From Methanomassiliicoccales archaeon (GTDB lineage: Archaea; Thermoplasmatota; Thermoplasmata; Methanomassiliicoccales; UBA472), in the NCBI GenBank assembly GCA_036504055.1, contig DASXVU010000045.1:70147-134146 (forward strand): a stretch of 64,000 nucleotides of DNA, given 5' to 3'. The position numbers and the translations under genes are program-made. The notes below the pieces were generated by a model that saw only the letters and a list, made by a program, of their open reading frames with translations, was not told where the DNA came from and made no database searches. This document shows, piece after piece, positions 1 through 8,507 of this stretch. The first letter of the stretch is position 1, and each line of letters opens with the position of its first letter.

Positions 1-327
1 CCGTTGCTTCGCCCGCCGAGGGGTGAACTCCGGACCCACCTCCGCATAGGCGCAGAAATAGACATTCTCGGACGCAGCGTTCAAGGCCTGCAGCAAGCGG
101 TCCCGCTTGAATCCGGTGTCGAAGGCAATGACGTTGCCGAGCGCCGAAACTCCCCGATCGGTCCGGCTGGCGGCCCTGAACCTGGATCCCTTTACCGAAT
201 CGATGGCCTTGATCTTCTTAAGGGCCCGTATGCACTCGTCCTCTACGGTCCCTTTATCGGGCTGCCTCTGGGACCCGGTGAAGTCCCTCCCATCGTATGC
301 TATGATGACTGCGGCATGCCAGACCAT
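1..327 (-). CDS. truA: tRNA pseudouridine(38-40) synthase TruA, 5' part (runs off window start)
   Basis: Hand translation of minus strand from ATG 327: MVWHAAVIIAYDGRDFTGSQRQPDKGTVE...FRAASRTDRGVSALGNVIAF, which contains the TruA YDG..F.G.QRQP and catalytic RTD motifs. Absent from the ORF track because it is truncated. Confidence 0.92.
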   Translation of the reverse strand, partial: MVWHAAVIIAYDGRDFTGSQRQPDKGTVEDECIRALKKIKAIDSVKGSRFRAASRTDRGVSALGNVIAFDTGFKRDRLLQALNAASENVYFCAYAEVGPEFTPRRAKQR

Positions 328-394
328 ATTACCGTTAACCTCAGTACTGATAGTTATGGTTAGCGCTCCAGCAGATTGATTATGGATCCCGCTA

Positions 395-1408
395 ATGGTT
401 GATTCGATGCACCAGGGCGTTGGAGCTGCCGATCAGGAGATCATCGACCGCCTTGTTTCTTCGGACGATCCCACTGTAAGACTGGCCGCCATGACAGAGC
501 TGGGAGGATTCCGCGGATCTGATCCGGAGGTGTTCCGAGCCCGCCAGGAAGCGATGCGATCGGGACCGATACCGAAGATCCTTGCCGCCCAAGACCCAGG
601 CGGATTCTGGGGCCGTGAAGAACAATTCTATGTCGGCGGTAAATACAAGGGCACGGTCTGGAACTTCATCCTGCTCGCACAACTGGAGGCCGATGGGAGT
701 GACGGTCGGATCAGGGCTGCGTCCGAATTCCTGTGGAGATGGTCGCAGCACGAGTGCGGCGGATTCGGGTATCAAGGTAATGCCGAAGGCAGCTCCGCCG
801 AAAGCATTCTACCGTGTCTGACCGGAAATCTCGTTTGGTCTATGCTGCGATTCGGCATGAAGGACGATAGCCGTGTCCGGACCGCCATAGAATGGATAGC
901 GAAATACCAGCGTTTCGACGACAACGAAGGACCGGCCCCGAAGGGATGGCCATATACCCGTAAGAATTGCTGGGGAAAGCACACCTGCCACATGGGCGTG
1001 GTCAAGGACCTTAAGGCGATCTCATTGGTCCCGAAGGACGAGAGATCGACGGCCTTGGCCAACGTCGCTTCCGCCGGGGCGGAGCATCTTCTTAAGCATC
1101 GTCTCTTCAAGAGGAGCCACGATCCGAGCCAAATCGCCAAGAAATGGTGGATCAATCTGGGATTCCCCCTCATGTGGGACACGGACGCGCTGGAAATGCT
1201 CGAAGTGCTGACCGACCTGGGATACCGGGATGAGCGGATGGAGGATGCGATCGAGCTTGTCCTGTCCAAGCGCCGCTCGGACGGCCTGTGGAGGAACGAG
1301 AGGAGCTACAACGGAAGGATCATTACCACGATTGAAAAACAGGGAGCGCCCAGCCAGTGGGTCACGCTCAGAGCGCTTGCGGTGCTCAAGAAGCTCGATC
1401 GGCTCTGA
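395..1408 (+). CDS. Prenyltransferase/squalene-cyclase-like (alpha/alpha barrel) repeat protein, function unknown
   Basis: QW-like repeats AQDPGGFWG, SQHECGGF, KRRSDGLW; 337 aa. Confidence 0.6.
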   Translation: MVDSMHQGVGAADQEIIDRLVSSDDPTVRLAAMTELGGFRGSDPEVFRARQEAMRSGPIPKILAAQDPGGFWGREEQFYVGGKYKGTVWNFILLAQLEADGSDGRIRAASEFLWRWSQHECGGFGYQGNAEGSSAESILPCLTGNLVWSMLRFGMKDDSRVRTAIEWIAKYQRFDDNEGPAPKGWPYTRKNCWGKHTCHMGVVKDLKAISLVPKDERSTALANVASAGAEHLLKHRLFKRSHDPSQIAKKWWINLGFPLMWDTDALEMLEVLTDLGYRDERMEDAIELVLSKRRSDGLWRNERSYNGRIITTIEKQGAPSQWVTLRALAVLKKLDRL

Positions 1409-1472
1409 TGGGCGGCAGATCCTCCAGAAAACAATTATACCGTTGGTTGATTCGCTGAGCGAAGGGATATTG

Positions 1473-2195
1473 ATGACTAGCTTCAGGATCGTCCTGGTAG
1501 AGCCCCAGACCGACGGGAACGTGGGAGCGGTGGCCAGGTCGATGGGTAATTTCGGTTTCGAGCGTCTGTTCATGGTAAACCCATGCGAACTCACCGAGGA
1601 AGCGTTCAAAAGGGCGAAGCATGGCAATCATATCCTCAGGGGTGCGACCACCGTCACCACCTTCGAAGAGGCTATCGCAGGCTGCTTCCTTGTCGTAGGT
1701 ACAAGCGGCATCATCACCTACGGGGACAAGCACTTCATCCGGATACCGATCACCCCTAGGGAACTGGCCTTGAGGATAGACGACCAGGAGGACGAGGTGG
1801 CGCTGGTCTTCGGAAGGGAGGACATCGGGCTGACACAAGAACAGCTGACCCGATGCGACATATTGGTCAACATACCGTCTAACGAGGAATACCCGATCCT
1901 CAACTTATCCCACGCTGCCACCATCGTCATGTACGAGATCTTCGCCAGTCATGGCAAGCCAAGCAATCCGAAGAAGGCGACCGAGTTCGAAAAGGACAAA
2001 TTGTACCAGTTCTTCGATTCTTTGCTCGACGCGGTCGACTACCCAGATCATCGCAGGGAAAAGACCAGCATCATGTTCAAGAGGATGATGGGCCGTGCCA
2101 TCCCGACCAGCTGGGAGTTCCACACCATAATGGGCGTCATCGGTGACGCGGCCAAGAAGATAAAGCGGCTCGAGAAGGCGGAAAAGGAAAAGTGA
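1473..2195 (+). CDS. trmJ: SPOUT tRNA methyltransferase, TrmJ/TrmH family
   Basis: RIVLVEPQTDGNVGAVARSM, LVFGREDIGL and LNLSHAATIVMYE motifs; start moved to ATG 1473. Confidence 0.88.
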   Translation: MTSFRIVLVEPQTDGNVGAVARSMGNFGFERLFMVNPCELTEEAFKRAKHGNHILRGATTVTTFEEAIAGCFLVVGTSGIITYGDKHFIRIPITPRELALRIDDQEDEVALVFGREDIGLTQEQLTRCDILVNIPSNEEYPILNLSHAATIVMYEIFASHGKPSNPKKATEFEKDKLYQFFDSLLDAVDYPDHRREKTSIMFKRMMGRAIPTSWEFHTIMGVIGDAAKKIKRLEKAEKEK

Positions 2196-2200
2196 CCGGT

Positions 2201-3220
2201 TCAGCGCCGGTATTTTCCGATCACTACGTTGATGTCATCGATCGGACCGGCAGCCGGAGGGAGTTCGGATATTCCAGTGACCAGCGCTATTAGCCTGATC
2301 GTTTCGTTGTCATCCTCCACCGTCCTTACGCCAAACTTCACGTTGGCATCCACATCAAGCTGCTCCGTCAGCCCTTCCACTATCCGATGGACCCGCCGGA
2401 GCGTGAGGTTGCTGCCTCCGGATATGTGGATCAGAGCACCGGTGCCTCCCTTGATGTCCACATCCAGCAATGGATTCTCCACCGCATCACGAACGACGCC
2501 TTCAGGGTCGGCATTCTCAGCGTAAAGGAGCGTGGATATCCCTCCATGTTTTATGATGGTCCGAAGATCGGCAAAATCGAGGTTGATCAATGACGGTTTT
2601 GTCAGCGCGTCCACCAGCCCTTTGATCAGCTCGGAGACCAGCGCATCCATTACTCCGAGGGCCTGGTTCATCGGCAGGTTGTCCACCATCTGCAGGAGGC
2701 GGTTGTTGTCCAGGACAAGTACGGTGTTCGAATATTCATTGAGCCGATTGAGCCCTATCATGGCGTTCCGACGCCTGGTGCCAGACTCGATCTTGAACGG
2801 CATCGTGGCTATCGATATGACTATGGAGCCGGCCTTCTGGGCATACTCCGCTATGACCGGGGACGCCCCGGTTCCGGTTCCGCCTCCCATGCCGGTTATT
2901 ATGAAAGTAAGGTCAACGTCGTTGAACATCTCGCAGAACAGGTTGGCACAGTTGCGCGCGCACTGTTCCCCCACCTCCGGGAGCCCTCCAGCGCCCAGCC
3001 CATGGGTGAAGTTTGCCCCGATCAGAACACGATTCTCGCAACGGGTGTCCTTCAGACTGCGCTGGTCTGTGTTTATGGCGATGGTCATGGCTGACTCTAG
3101 GCCGATGCGATTCAGCCTGGTAATGCTGTTACAGCCACCGCCTCCGCATCCGATGACGAGTATCTTCAGATCAGGCGCGTCGATGCCTGACTGGTCTTTC
3201 CATCCCGAGCCAATCCCCAT
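2201..3220 (-). CDS. ftsZ2: Cell division protein FtsZ, FtsZ2-type
   Basis: GCGGGGCN, GGGTGTG and T7 loop INLDFAD; FtsZ2-type LDNNRLL..NLP; lies directly downstream of an RHH gene. Confidence 0.88.
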   Translation of the reverse strand: MGIGSGWKDQSGIDAPDLKILVIGCGGGGCNSITRLNRIGLESAMTIAINTDQRSLKDTRCENRVLIGANFTHGLGAGGLPEVGEQCARNCANLFCEMFNDVDLTFIITGMGGGTGTGASPVIAEYAQKAGSIVISIATMPFKIESGTRRRNAMIGLNRLNEYSNTVLVLDNNRLLQMVDNLPMNQALGVMDALVSELIKGLVDALTKPSLINLDFADLRTIIKHGGISTLLYAENADPEGVVRDAVENPLLDVDIKGGTGALIHISGGSNLTLRRVHRIVEGLTEQLDVDANVKFGVRTVEDDNETIRLIALVTGISELPPAAGPIDDINVVIGKYRR

Positions 3221-3247
3221 CTTGATTACCTCACGGAAAGCGTGTCT

Positions 3248-3559
3248 TCACTTCAACTCGCTGACCGCCTTCTCCAGGCGCATTCTGACATATTCCCGTA
3301 CAGCATTCCTGATGGCGTCGTCTATGGAGACCGAGTCTCCGTCCTTGACGAGTGCTTGTAGTTCAACTATCTTGGTCTTCGGCAGCTCCACGGTTACCCT
3401 TCCGATGTAATCGGGCGTGGTATGCGTCTCGACGAATGTCTCGATCGCCGCCCTTATCGCGTCGGAGATGGTCGGGAATTTGCCGTTGTCCACCAGTGCC
3501 TGTAATGCTTGCAGCTTTTCGGCAGGAATCCTGACCGTGATCCGTTCGCTGTCGACCAT
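3248..3559 (-). CDS. Tandem ribbon-helix-helix (CdrS/CopG-like) transcription regulator
   Basis: Two RHH units: ERITVRIP...GKFPTISDAIRAAI and GRVTVELP...SIDDAIRNAVREY. Confidence 0.85.
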   Translation of the reverse strand: MVDSERITVRIPAEKLQALQALVDNGKFPTISDAIRAAIETFVETHTTPDYIGRVTVELPKTKIVELQALVKDGDSVSIDDAIRNAVREYVRMRLEKAVSELK

Positions 3560-3583
3560 GACACAACTCTTGTTCCGTTGATT

Positions 3584-3672
3584 TGTCTGACGCTTTTTGC
3601 CAAAACGTCTGACAAATTGGATGATTCACTTGAGAATATTTAAAAGTTAGCGAATCAAATAGCGTCTGACAA
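3584..3672 (-). promoter_or_regulatory. Putative promoter of RHH-ftsZ2 with repeated GTCTGAC operator-like sites
   Basis: GTCTGAC at 3585, 3607 and 3664 (CGTCTGACAA twice) flank a minus-strand TTTTAAATA box at about 3637-3645. Confidence 0.6.
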
Positions 3673-4055
3673 TAATGACGACGAACACGACCAGACTTCG
3701 TCGACATACGTAGCTGAATTTTGAACAGTGTCGTATTCGGGTCAACAGTTACAAATATTCCGAAGAGACCACTTCGCAGCACTTCGATGACGATCTTCTA
3801 TTGTCATGGATCTATTATGCCCATCAACCTGTCTTGAATGTCCGACCCTGGACCAGATCTATCATGAGAACGGATCTGATTCCCTAAATCTGACAAGCTC
3901 GAACCAACGGCATGAAGGCGACCTGGCCTCTGTCCAATCAATCGAACATGGAAACCAATCTTGAATCCTAACATCATGCGCAGATGCTAAAAAGCCACAG
4001 GACGTTGCGGATGCGTGGTCGAGACGTCGAAAATGCTGAGCATGGAGGTGCGTTC

Positions 4056-4925
4056 ATGATGAAGATCGACTTTCCTATAATGGACAATCACCTTCACCTG
4101 CAACCTAGAGGCCGTAACGTCGAAGCAATAAAAGAGTTCGAGAAGGCAGGCGGTACCCACGCCATCCTCAGCCACATGCCATATGATGAACTGCCGATAA
4201 CGAACGGCGCTGATTTCGAAAGGTCGTACCGAATAACCATGGACACGGCCGAGCGCTGCAACCGGGATTCGAAGGTAAAGGTCTTCGTGACCTTGGGTCC
4301 GTATCCGGTCCTGCTGATCGACCTGGCCAAAACCCATGGTATAGGGCCTGCCACCCAGATGATGAAGGAGGGAATGGAGTCGGCCGCCCGGCTGGTGCGA
4401 GAGGGCAAGGCCATAGCCATCGGTGAGGTTGGCAGGCCCCATTTTGAGGTGCCCTCCGATATCATGGAAGCCTCCAACGATATTCTCCATTACGGCATGT
4501 CGCTCGCCAAGGAGGCGTCATGCCCCATCGTCATCCACGCCGAGACCGCCACTCCAGAGACCATGGAGGACCTCGGCCGCATGGCTGACTCTGTCGGACT
4601 GGAAAGGGGAAAGGTTGTCAAACACTACTCGCCTCCTTTGGTGCTAGAGGAGGAGAATCGGGGACTCATGGCATCAGTCCTTGCCTCAAGAGGCAACGTT
4701 CAGGAGGCGTTCAGAAAGGGGAACCGTTTCTTCCTCGAGACCGATTTCATGGACGAACCGACCCGTCCGGGAGCGGTGCTCCCCATCGATACCGTGCCGA
4801 AGAGGATCAAAGGCATCGTTCAGTCCGGCATTGCCACATCGGATTTGATCGAAGCCGTTTGGAAGGTCAACAAGGACAATCCGAAGAAGGTCTACGGGAT
4901 AGATCTGGAAAGACCTGGAGACTAG
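4056..4925 (+). CDS. TatD-related metal-dependent hydrolase/deoxyribonuclease
   Basis: DNHLHL, AIGEVGRPHF, IVIHAE and FFLETDF motifs; SD GGAGGTG before ATG 4056. Confidence 0.85.
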   Translation: MMKIDFPIMDNHLHLQPRGRNVEAIKEFEKAGGTHAILSHMPYDELPITNGADFERSYRITMDTAERCNRDSKVKVFVTLGPYPVLLIDLAKTHGIGPATQMMKEGMESAARLVREGKAIAIGEVGRPHFEVPSDIMEASNDILHYGMSLAKEASCPIVIHAETATPETMEDLGRMADSVGLERGKVVKHYSPPLVLEEENRGLMASVLASRGNVQEAFRKGNRFFLETDFMDEPTRPGAVLPIDTVPKRIKGIVQSGIATSDLIEAVWKVNKDNPKKVYGIDLERPGD

Positions 4926-5206
4926 AGTATCTCGAACCTGTCATACTGATCACGATATTCGGTCCAAACCGCGTCCATGCCATCGACACGGGCATATGGG
5001 TGCTCCTCTCTTAGCATCCTTATGACCTCTTCGATGTTCTCCCTGTCTCCCTCAAAGACCGCCTTGACCGTACCGTCGGGAAGGTTCTTTACCCACCCGA
5101 ATACCTCCTTCTGCATGGCGAACCTTCGGGTGTAATCGCGGAAGTAGACACCCTGGACCTTACCCTTGAATATCACTTCTACCCGGGATTTCATTTTATT
5201 GGCCAC
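4922..5206 (-). CDS. acyP: Acylphosphatase
   Basis: GKVQGVYFR and GWVKNLPDGTV signature. Confidence 0.92.
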   Translation of the reverse strand: MANKMKSRVEVIFKGKVQGVYFRDYTRRFAMQKEVFGWVKNLPDGTVKAVFEGDRENIEEVIRMLREEHPYARVDGMDAVWTEYRDQYDRFEIL

Positions 5207-5385
5207 TTACACCGGACAATGCCGTTGTGATTATTATTTTTTCCACGGGCGGTTTTCCTTTACTGGCTATCAAAACAGATTGTTTTTATCGCCTGGCAAC
5301 AAAACCCCGATATGATTTTTATAATCCGTCAGCATATGGGGATTAATATTAGTGGTTACTTCAGGCTATCAGGAAGGGAAATGGG

Positions 5386-6519
5386 ATGTTGAAATCATTA
5401 GTCGAGGATGCACTGGCCAGGGACGACGTGCCAGTACCAAAGTTCGAGCAGGCGCCCGCGGCTCAGCCGGCCTTCAAGCAGGCAGACGGAGTGGATGACG
5501 AACTCATCGCAATTCTGCAAACGCTGAGAACCAACATAAAGATCTTCGGTGTCGGCGGAGGCGGTTCCAACACAATCAACCGGATCTACGATGAACAGAT
5601 CGTAGGTGCAGAGACTTATGCAGCGAACACTGACGCGCAGCACTTGCTGATGGTCCGCGCGCAGCACAAGATTCTTCTTGGAAGAAGAAGCACCCGCGGC
5701 CTGGGAGCGGGAGCGCTACCGCAAGCGGGAGAGCAGGCGGCCCAAGAGGCTGAACAGGAAATTCGCAAGGCCGTGCAGGACGCGAACATCGTATTCGTTA
5801 CGGCAGGCATGGGCGGAGGCACCGGTACCGGAGCCGCTGCGGTCGTGGCCGGGATCGCCAAGGACGCAGGCGCACTGACGATCGCGGTAACGACCACCCC
5901 CTTCAAAGGCGAGGGTAAGATGAGGATGGAGAACGCGGAGTGGGGTCTGGAGAGGCTCAGGAATGCCGCCGATACGGTCATCGTCATCCCGAACGACAAA
6001 CTGCTGGAGCTGTACCCCAGACTGTCTCTTAACCAGGCCTTCAAAGTTGCAGACGAGGTCCTTACCAGGGCCATCAAGGGGATCACCGAACTGATCACCA
6101 AGCCAGGATTGGTCAACCTCGACTTCAACGACCTGCGCACCATCATGAAGGGAGCGGGTGTGGCCATGATTGGCATGGGAGAGTCCACCGGTCACGTGGA
6201 GGACCGGGCATTGGAAGCCATCCAGATGGCGCTCAACTCACCGCTGTTAGAGGTCGACATAAGCACCGCGAATGGCGTGCTGGTCAACGTTGTCGGCGGA
6301 CCGGACATGACCATCGGCGACGCCCAGAAGGTAGCGGAAGAAGTGCAGAAGAAGGTCAGCCCCAATGCCAGGATCATCTGGGGTGCGGGCGTGGACCCTG
6401 CGCTGGAGCACAAGATCCGGGTGATGGTCGTCATCGCCGGAGTCCACTCCAAGCAGATCCTCGGAAAGTCCAGCGAGCAGGCAAAGCTCAAGGGCTCGGA
6501 CGTCGACTTCATTAAGTAA
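5386..6519 (+). CDS. ftsZ1: Cell division protein FtsZ, FtsZ1-type, copy a
   Basis: [28 protein letters not shown] and C-terminal DVDFIK. Confidence 0.93.
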   Translation: MLKSLVEDALARDDVPVPKFEQAPAAQPAFKQADGVDDELIAILQTLRTNIKIFGVGGGGSNTINRIYDEQIVGAETYAANTDAQHLLMVRAQHKILLGRRSTRGLGAGALPQAGEQAAQEAEQEIRKAVQDANIVFVTAGMGGGTGTGAAAVVAGIAKDAGALTIAVTTTPFKGEGKMRMENAEWGLERLRNAADTVIVIPNDKLLELYPRLSLNQAFKVADEVLTRAIKGITELITKPGLVNLDFNDLRTIMKGAGVAMIGMGESTGHVEDRALEAIQMALNSPLLEVDISTANGVLVNVVGGPDMTIGDAQKVAEEVQKKVSPNARIIWGAGVDPALEHKIRVMVVIAGVHSKQILGKSSEQAKLKGSDVDFIK

Positions 6520-6552
6520 GCCACACGTCCGACAGAAACCTTTTCCCTTCTT

Positions 6553-6759
6553 CTACAGTTTCTCTTTCTGATCGAACAGGAAGACATCCTCAATTCTCAC
6601 CTTGAAGAAGCGTGATATCTTGAAGGCGAGCTCAAGCGAAGGGTCGAACCTTTCGTTCTCTATGCAGATGATCGTCTGCCTGCTGACGCCGATCTTCTCC
6701 GCTAGCTCGGCTTGGGTCATGTTCGTGAGCGCCCGGTATACACGGAGATTGTTCTTCAT
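6553..6759 (-). CDS. Small XRE/Cro-CI family HTH regulator
   Basis: MKNNLRVYRALTNMTQAELAEKIGVSRQTIICIENERFDPSLELAFKIS. Confidence 0.9.
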   Translation of the reverse strand: MKNNLRVYRALTNMTQAELAEKIGVSRQTIICIENERFDPSLELAFKISRFFKVRIEDVFLFDQKEKL

Positions 6760-6831
6760 AGGTTCACTCGGGGACATTACTAGTGATGACGTTCGACGTT
6801 ATGTACATATTGATAACATTGCGTTTCTAAT

Positions 6832-6870
6832 TGTAATGTGTTAATATCAAATAGTAAATAACACTTTACA
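6832..6870. promoter_or_regulatory. Inverted-repeat operator candidate upstream of the XRE gene
   Basis: TGTAATGTGTTA (6832-6843) and TAACACTTTACA (6859-6870) form an 11/12 inverted repeat; internal GTAAA-N6-TTTAC at 6854-6869. Confidence 0.5.
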
Positions 6871-7076
6871 TGAATGCTCTAAAAACTAACAATATTTTTA
6901 TCGTGACTTCCAACATTAGCGCATCCAGACAGGAAAAAGAAGGGTAGCGGATATCACGAGAAAATCTAATTATATCTAAATCATCACCGAAATGTTTTAT
7001 ACACCCCAAGCCTCTAACGACATTAACCATACATTGCCAGCGATGCAGTCATGGCCAATATGTGGAGGAATTCACC

Positions 7077-8189
7077 TTGAAATCGTTCATCACCGACGCC
7101 CTTACCCGTGCAGGACCTGCAGGCGCAGCAGAGCCAGTTCAGACGCAGTATGGAAAACCTTACTCTCAGGATGATGAAGAGCTCACGAAGATCCTGATGG
7201 GGCTGAGGACGAACATCAAGATCATCGGCTGCGGGGGCGGAGGATCGAACACCATCGATCGGCTTTATGCATCCAACATCAAGGATGCCGACCTGTATGC
7301 GGCCAACACCGATGCCCAGCACCTGCTGGTGACGCGGGCGCACAGGAAGATCCTGCTGGGCAGGAGAAGCACCCGCGGACTCGGCGCCGGAGCCCTGCCC
7401 CAGGTGGGAGAAGAGGCGGCCAGGGAGGCCGAGGAGGAGCTAAGGAAGGCCCTCCAAGGAGCCGATATCGTATTCGTCACAGCTGGATTGGGCGGAGGCA
7501 CGGGTACCGGTTCAGCTCCTTACATCGCCCAGCTGGCAAAGGATATGGGAGCGCTCACGATCGCGATCGTCACCTCCCCGTTCAAAGCAGAAGGGACCAT
7601 CAGGGCGGAAAATGCCGAATGGGGGCTGGAAAGGATGAGGGCGGTCGCCGATACCGTTATCGTCATCCCGAACGACAAGCTCATCGAGCTTGTTCCCCGA
7701 TATTCACTAAACCAGGCGTTCAAGGTAGCCGACGAGGTCCTCATGAGGGCCATCAAAGGGATCACCGAACTGATCACCAAGCCAGGATTGGTCAACCTCG
7801 ACTTCAACGACCTGCGCACCATCATGAAGGGGGGCGGCGTGGCCATGATCGGCATGGGAGAAGGGGAGGCGGACGACCGGGTGGAGGACGCGGTTGAGGA
7901 GGCGATCAACTCACCGCTCATCAACGTCGACATTTCCGGGGCCAATGGAGTGCTGGTGAACGTCACCGGCGGAGAGGACATGTCCATCGGGGACGCCCAG
8001 AAGGTGGCCGAACTGATACAGGCCAAGGTCTCACCCAACGCAAGGATCATCTGGGGAGCATCGGTCGATCCGGCCCTGGAGAACCGTATCCGGGTAATGG
8101 TGGTCATCACAGGGGTCAAATCGAAGAACATCCTCGGTCCGAAGGAATCGAAGTCTGTAAAGGCGATGAACGTAGATTTCATCAAATGA
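7077..8189 (+). CDS. ftsZ1: Cell division protein FtsZ, FtsZ1-type, copy b (syntenic with secE-spt5)
   Basis: Same motifs as copy a; TTG start after SD GGAGG aligns with LKS.. of copy a; C-terminal NVDFIK. Confidence 0.93.
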   Translation: MKSFITDALTRAGPAGAAEPVQTQYGKPYSQDDEELTKILMGLRTNIKIIGCGGGGSNTIDRLYASNIKDADLYAANTDAQHLLVTRAHRKILLGRRSTRGLGAGALPQVGEEAAREAEEELRKALQGADIVFVTAGLGGGTGTGSAPYIAQLAKDMGALTIAIVTSPFKAEGTIRAENAEWGLERMRAVADTVIVIPNDKLIELVPRYSLNQAFKVADEVLMRAIKGITELITKPGLVNLDFNDLRTIMKGGGVAMIGMGEGEADDRVEDAVEEAINSPLINVDISGANGVLVNVTGGEDMSIGDAQKVAELIQAKVSPNARIIWGASVDPALENRIRVMVVITGVKSKNILGPKESKSVKAMNVDFIK

Positions 8190-8254
8190 TGCAGATACGT
8201 GAGGAAAGGATTATCTAGAGAAAACTAATAGACCCCTCTTCAAGAGTGCTTAAA

Positions 8255-8479
8255 ATGGACATCGTCGAGAAATCCTGGGAAGTCCAAGAGACTATCGAAG
8301 ATAGGGTCAAGAGGATCGGCAAGGGTAAGTACGGCCGAGTAATCAAAATGGCCCGGAAGCCGACTCCAGATGAATACGTCAAGACCGTCATGATCACTGG
8401 ACTAGGCATCATCCTCATCGGTGGGATGGGTTTCGCAATATACTTAATATGGAAGTACTTGCCGGGACTGTTCGGCTGA
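8255..8479 (+). CDS. secE: Protein translocase subunit SecE (Sec61 gamma)
   Basis: YGRVIKMARKPTPDEY plus one TM helix; canonical position between ftsZ1 and spt5. Confidence 0.92.
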   Translation: MDIVEKSWEVQETIEDRVKRIGKGKYGRVIKMARKPTPDEYVKTVMITGLGIILIGGMGFAIYLIWKYLPGLFG

Positions 8480-8507
8480 TGTCCGTTTCATTGCCGGGGT
8501 ATATCGT

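Noticed and set aside
4-379. Plus-strand ORFs 4..363 and 107..379
   Set aside because: They are shadows of the minus-strand truA, which has clear family motifs.
3560-3720. GTCTGAC repeats as a CRISPR array
   Set aside because: The repeats are only 7-10 bp and irregularly spaced, with no cas genes; they fit operator sites better.
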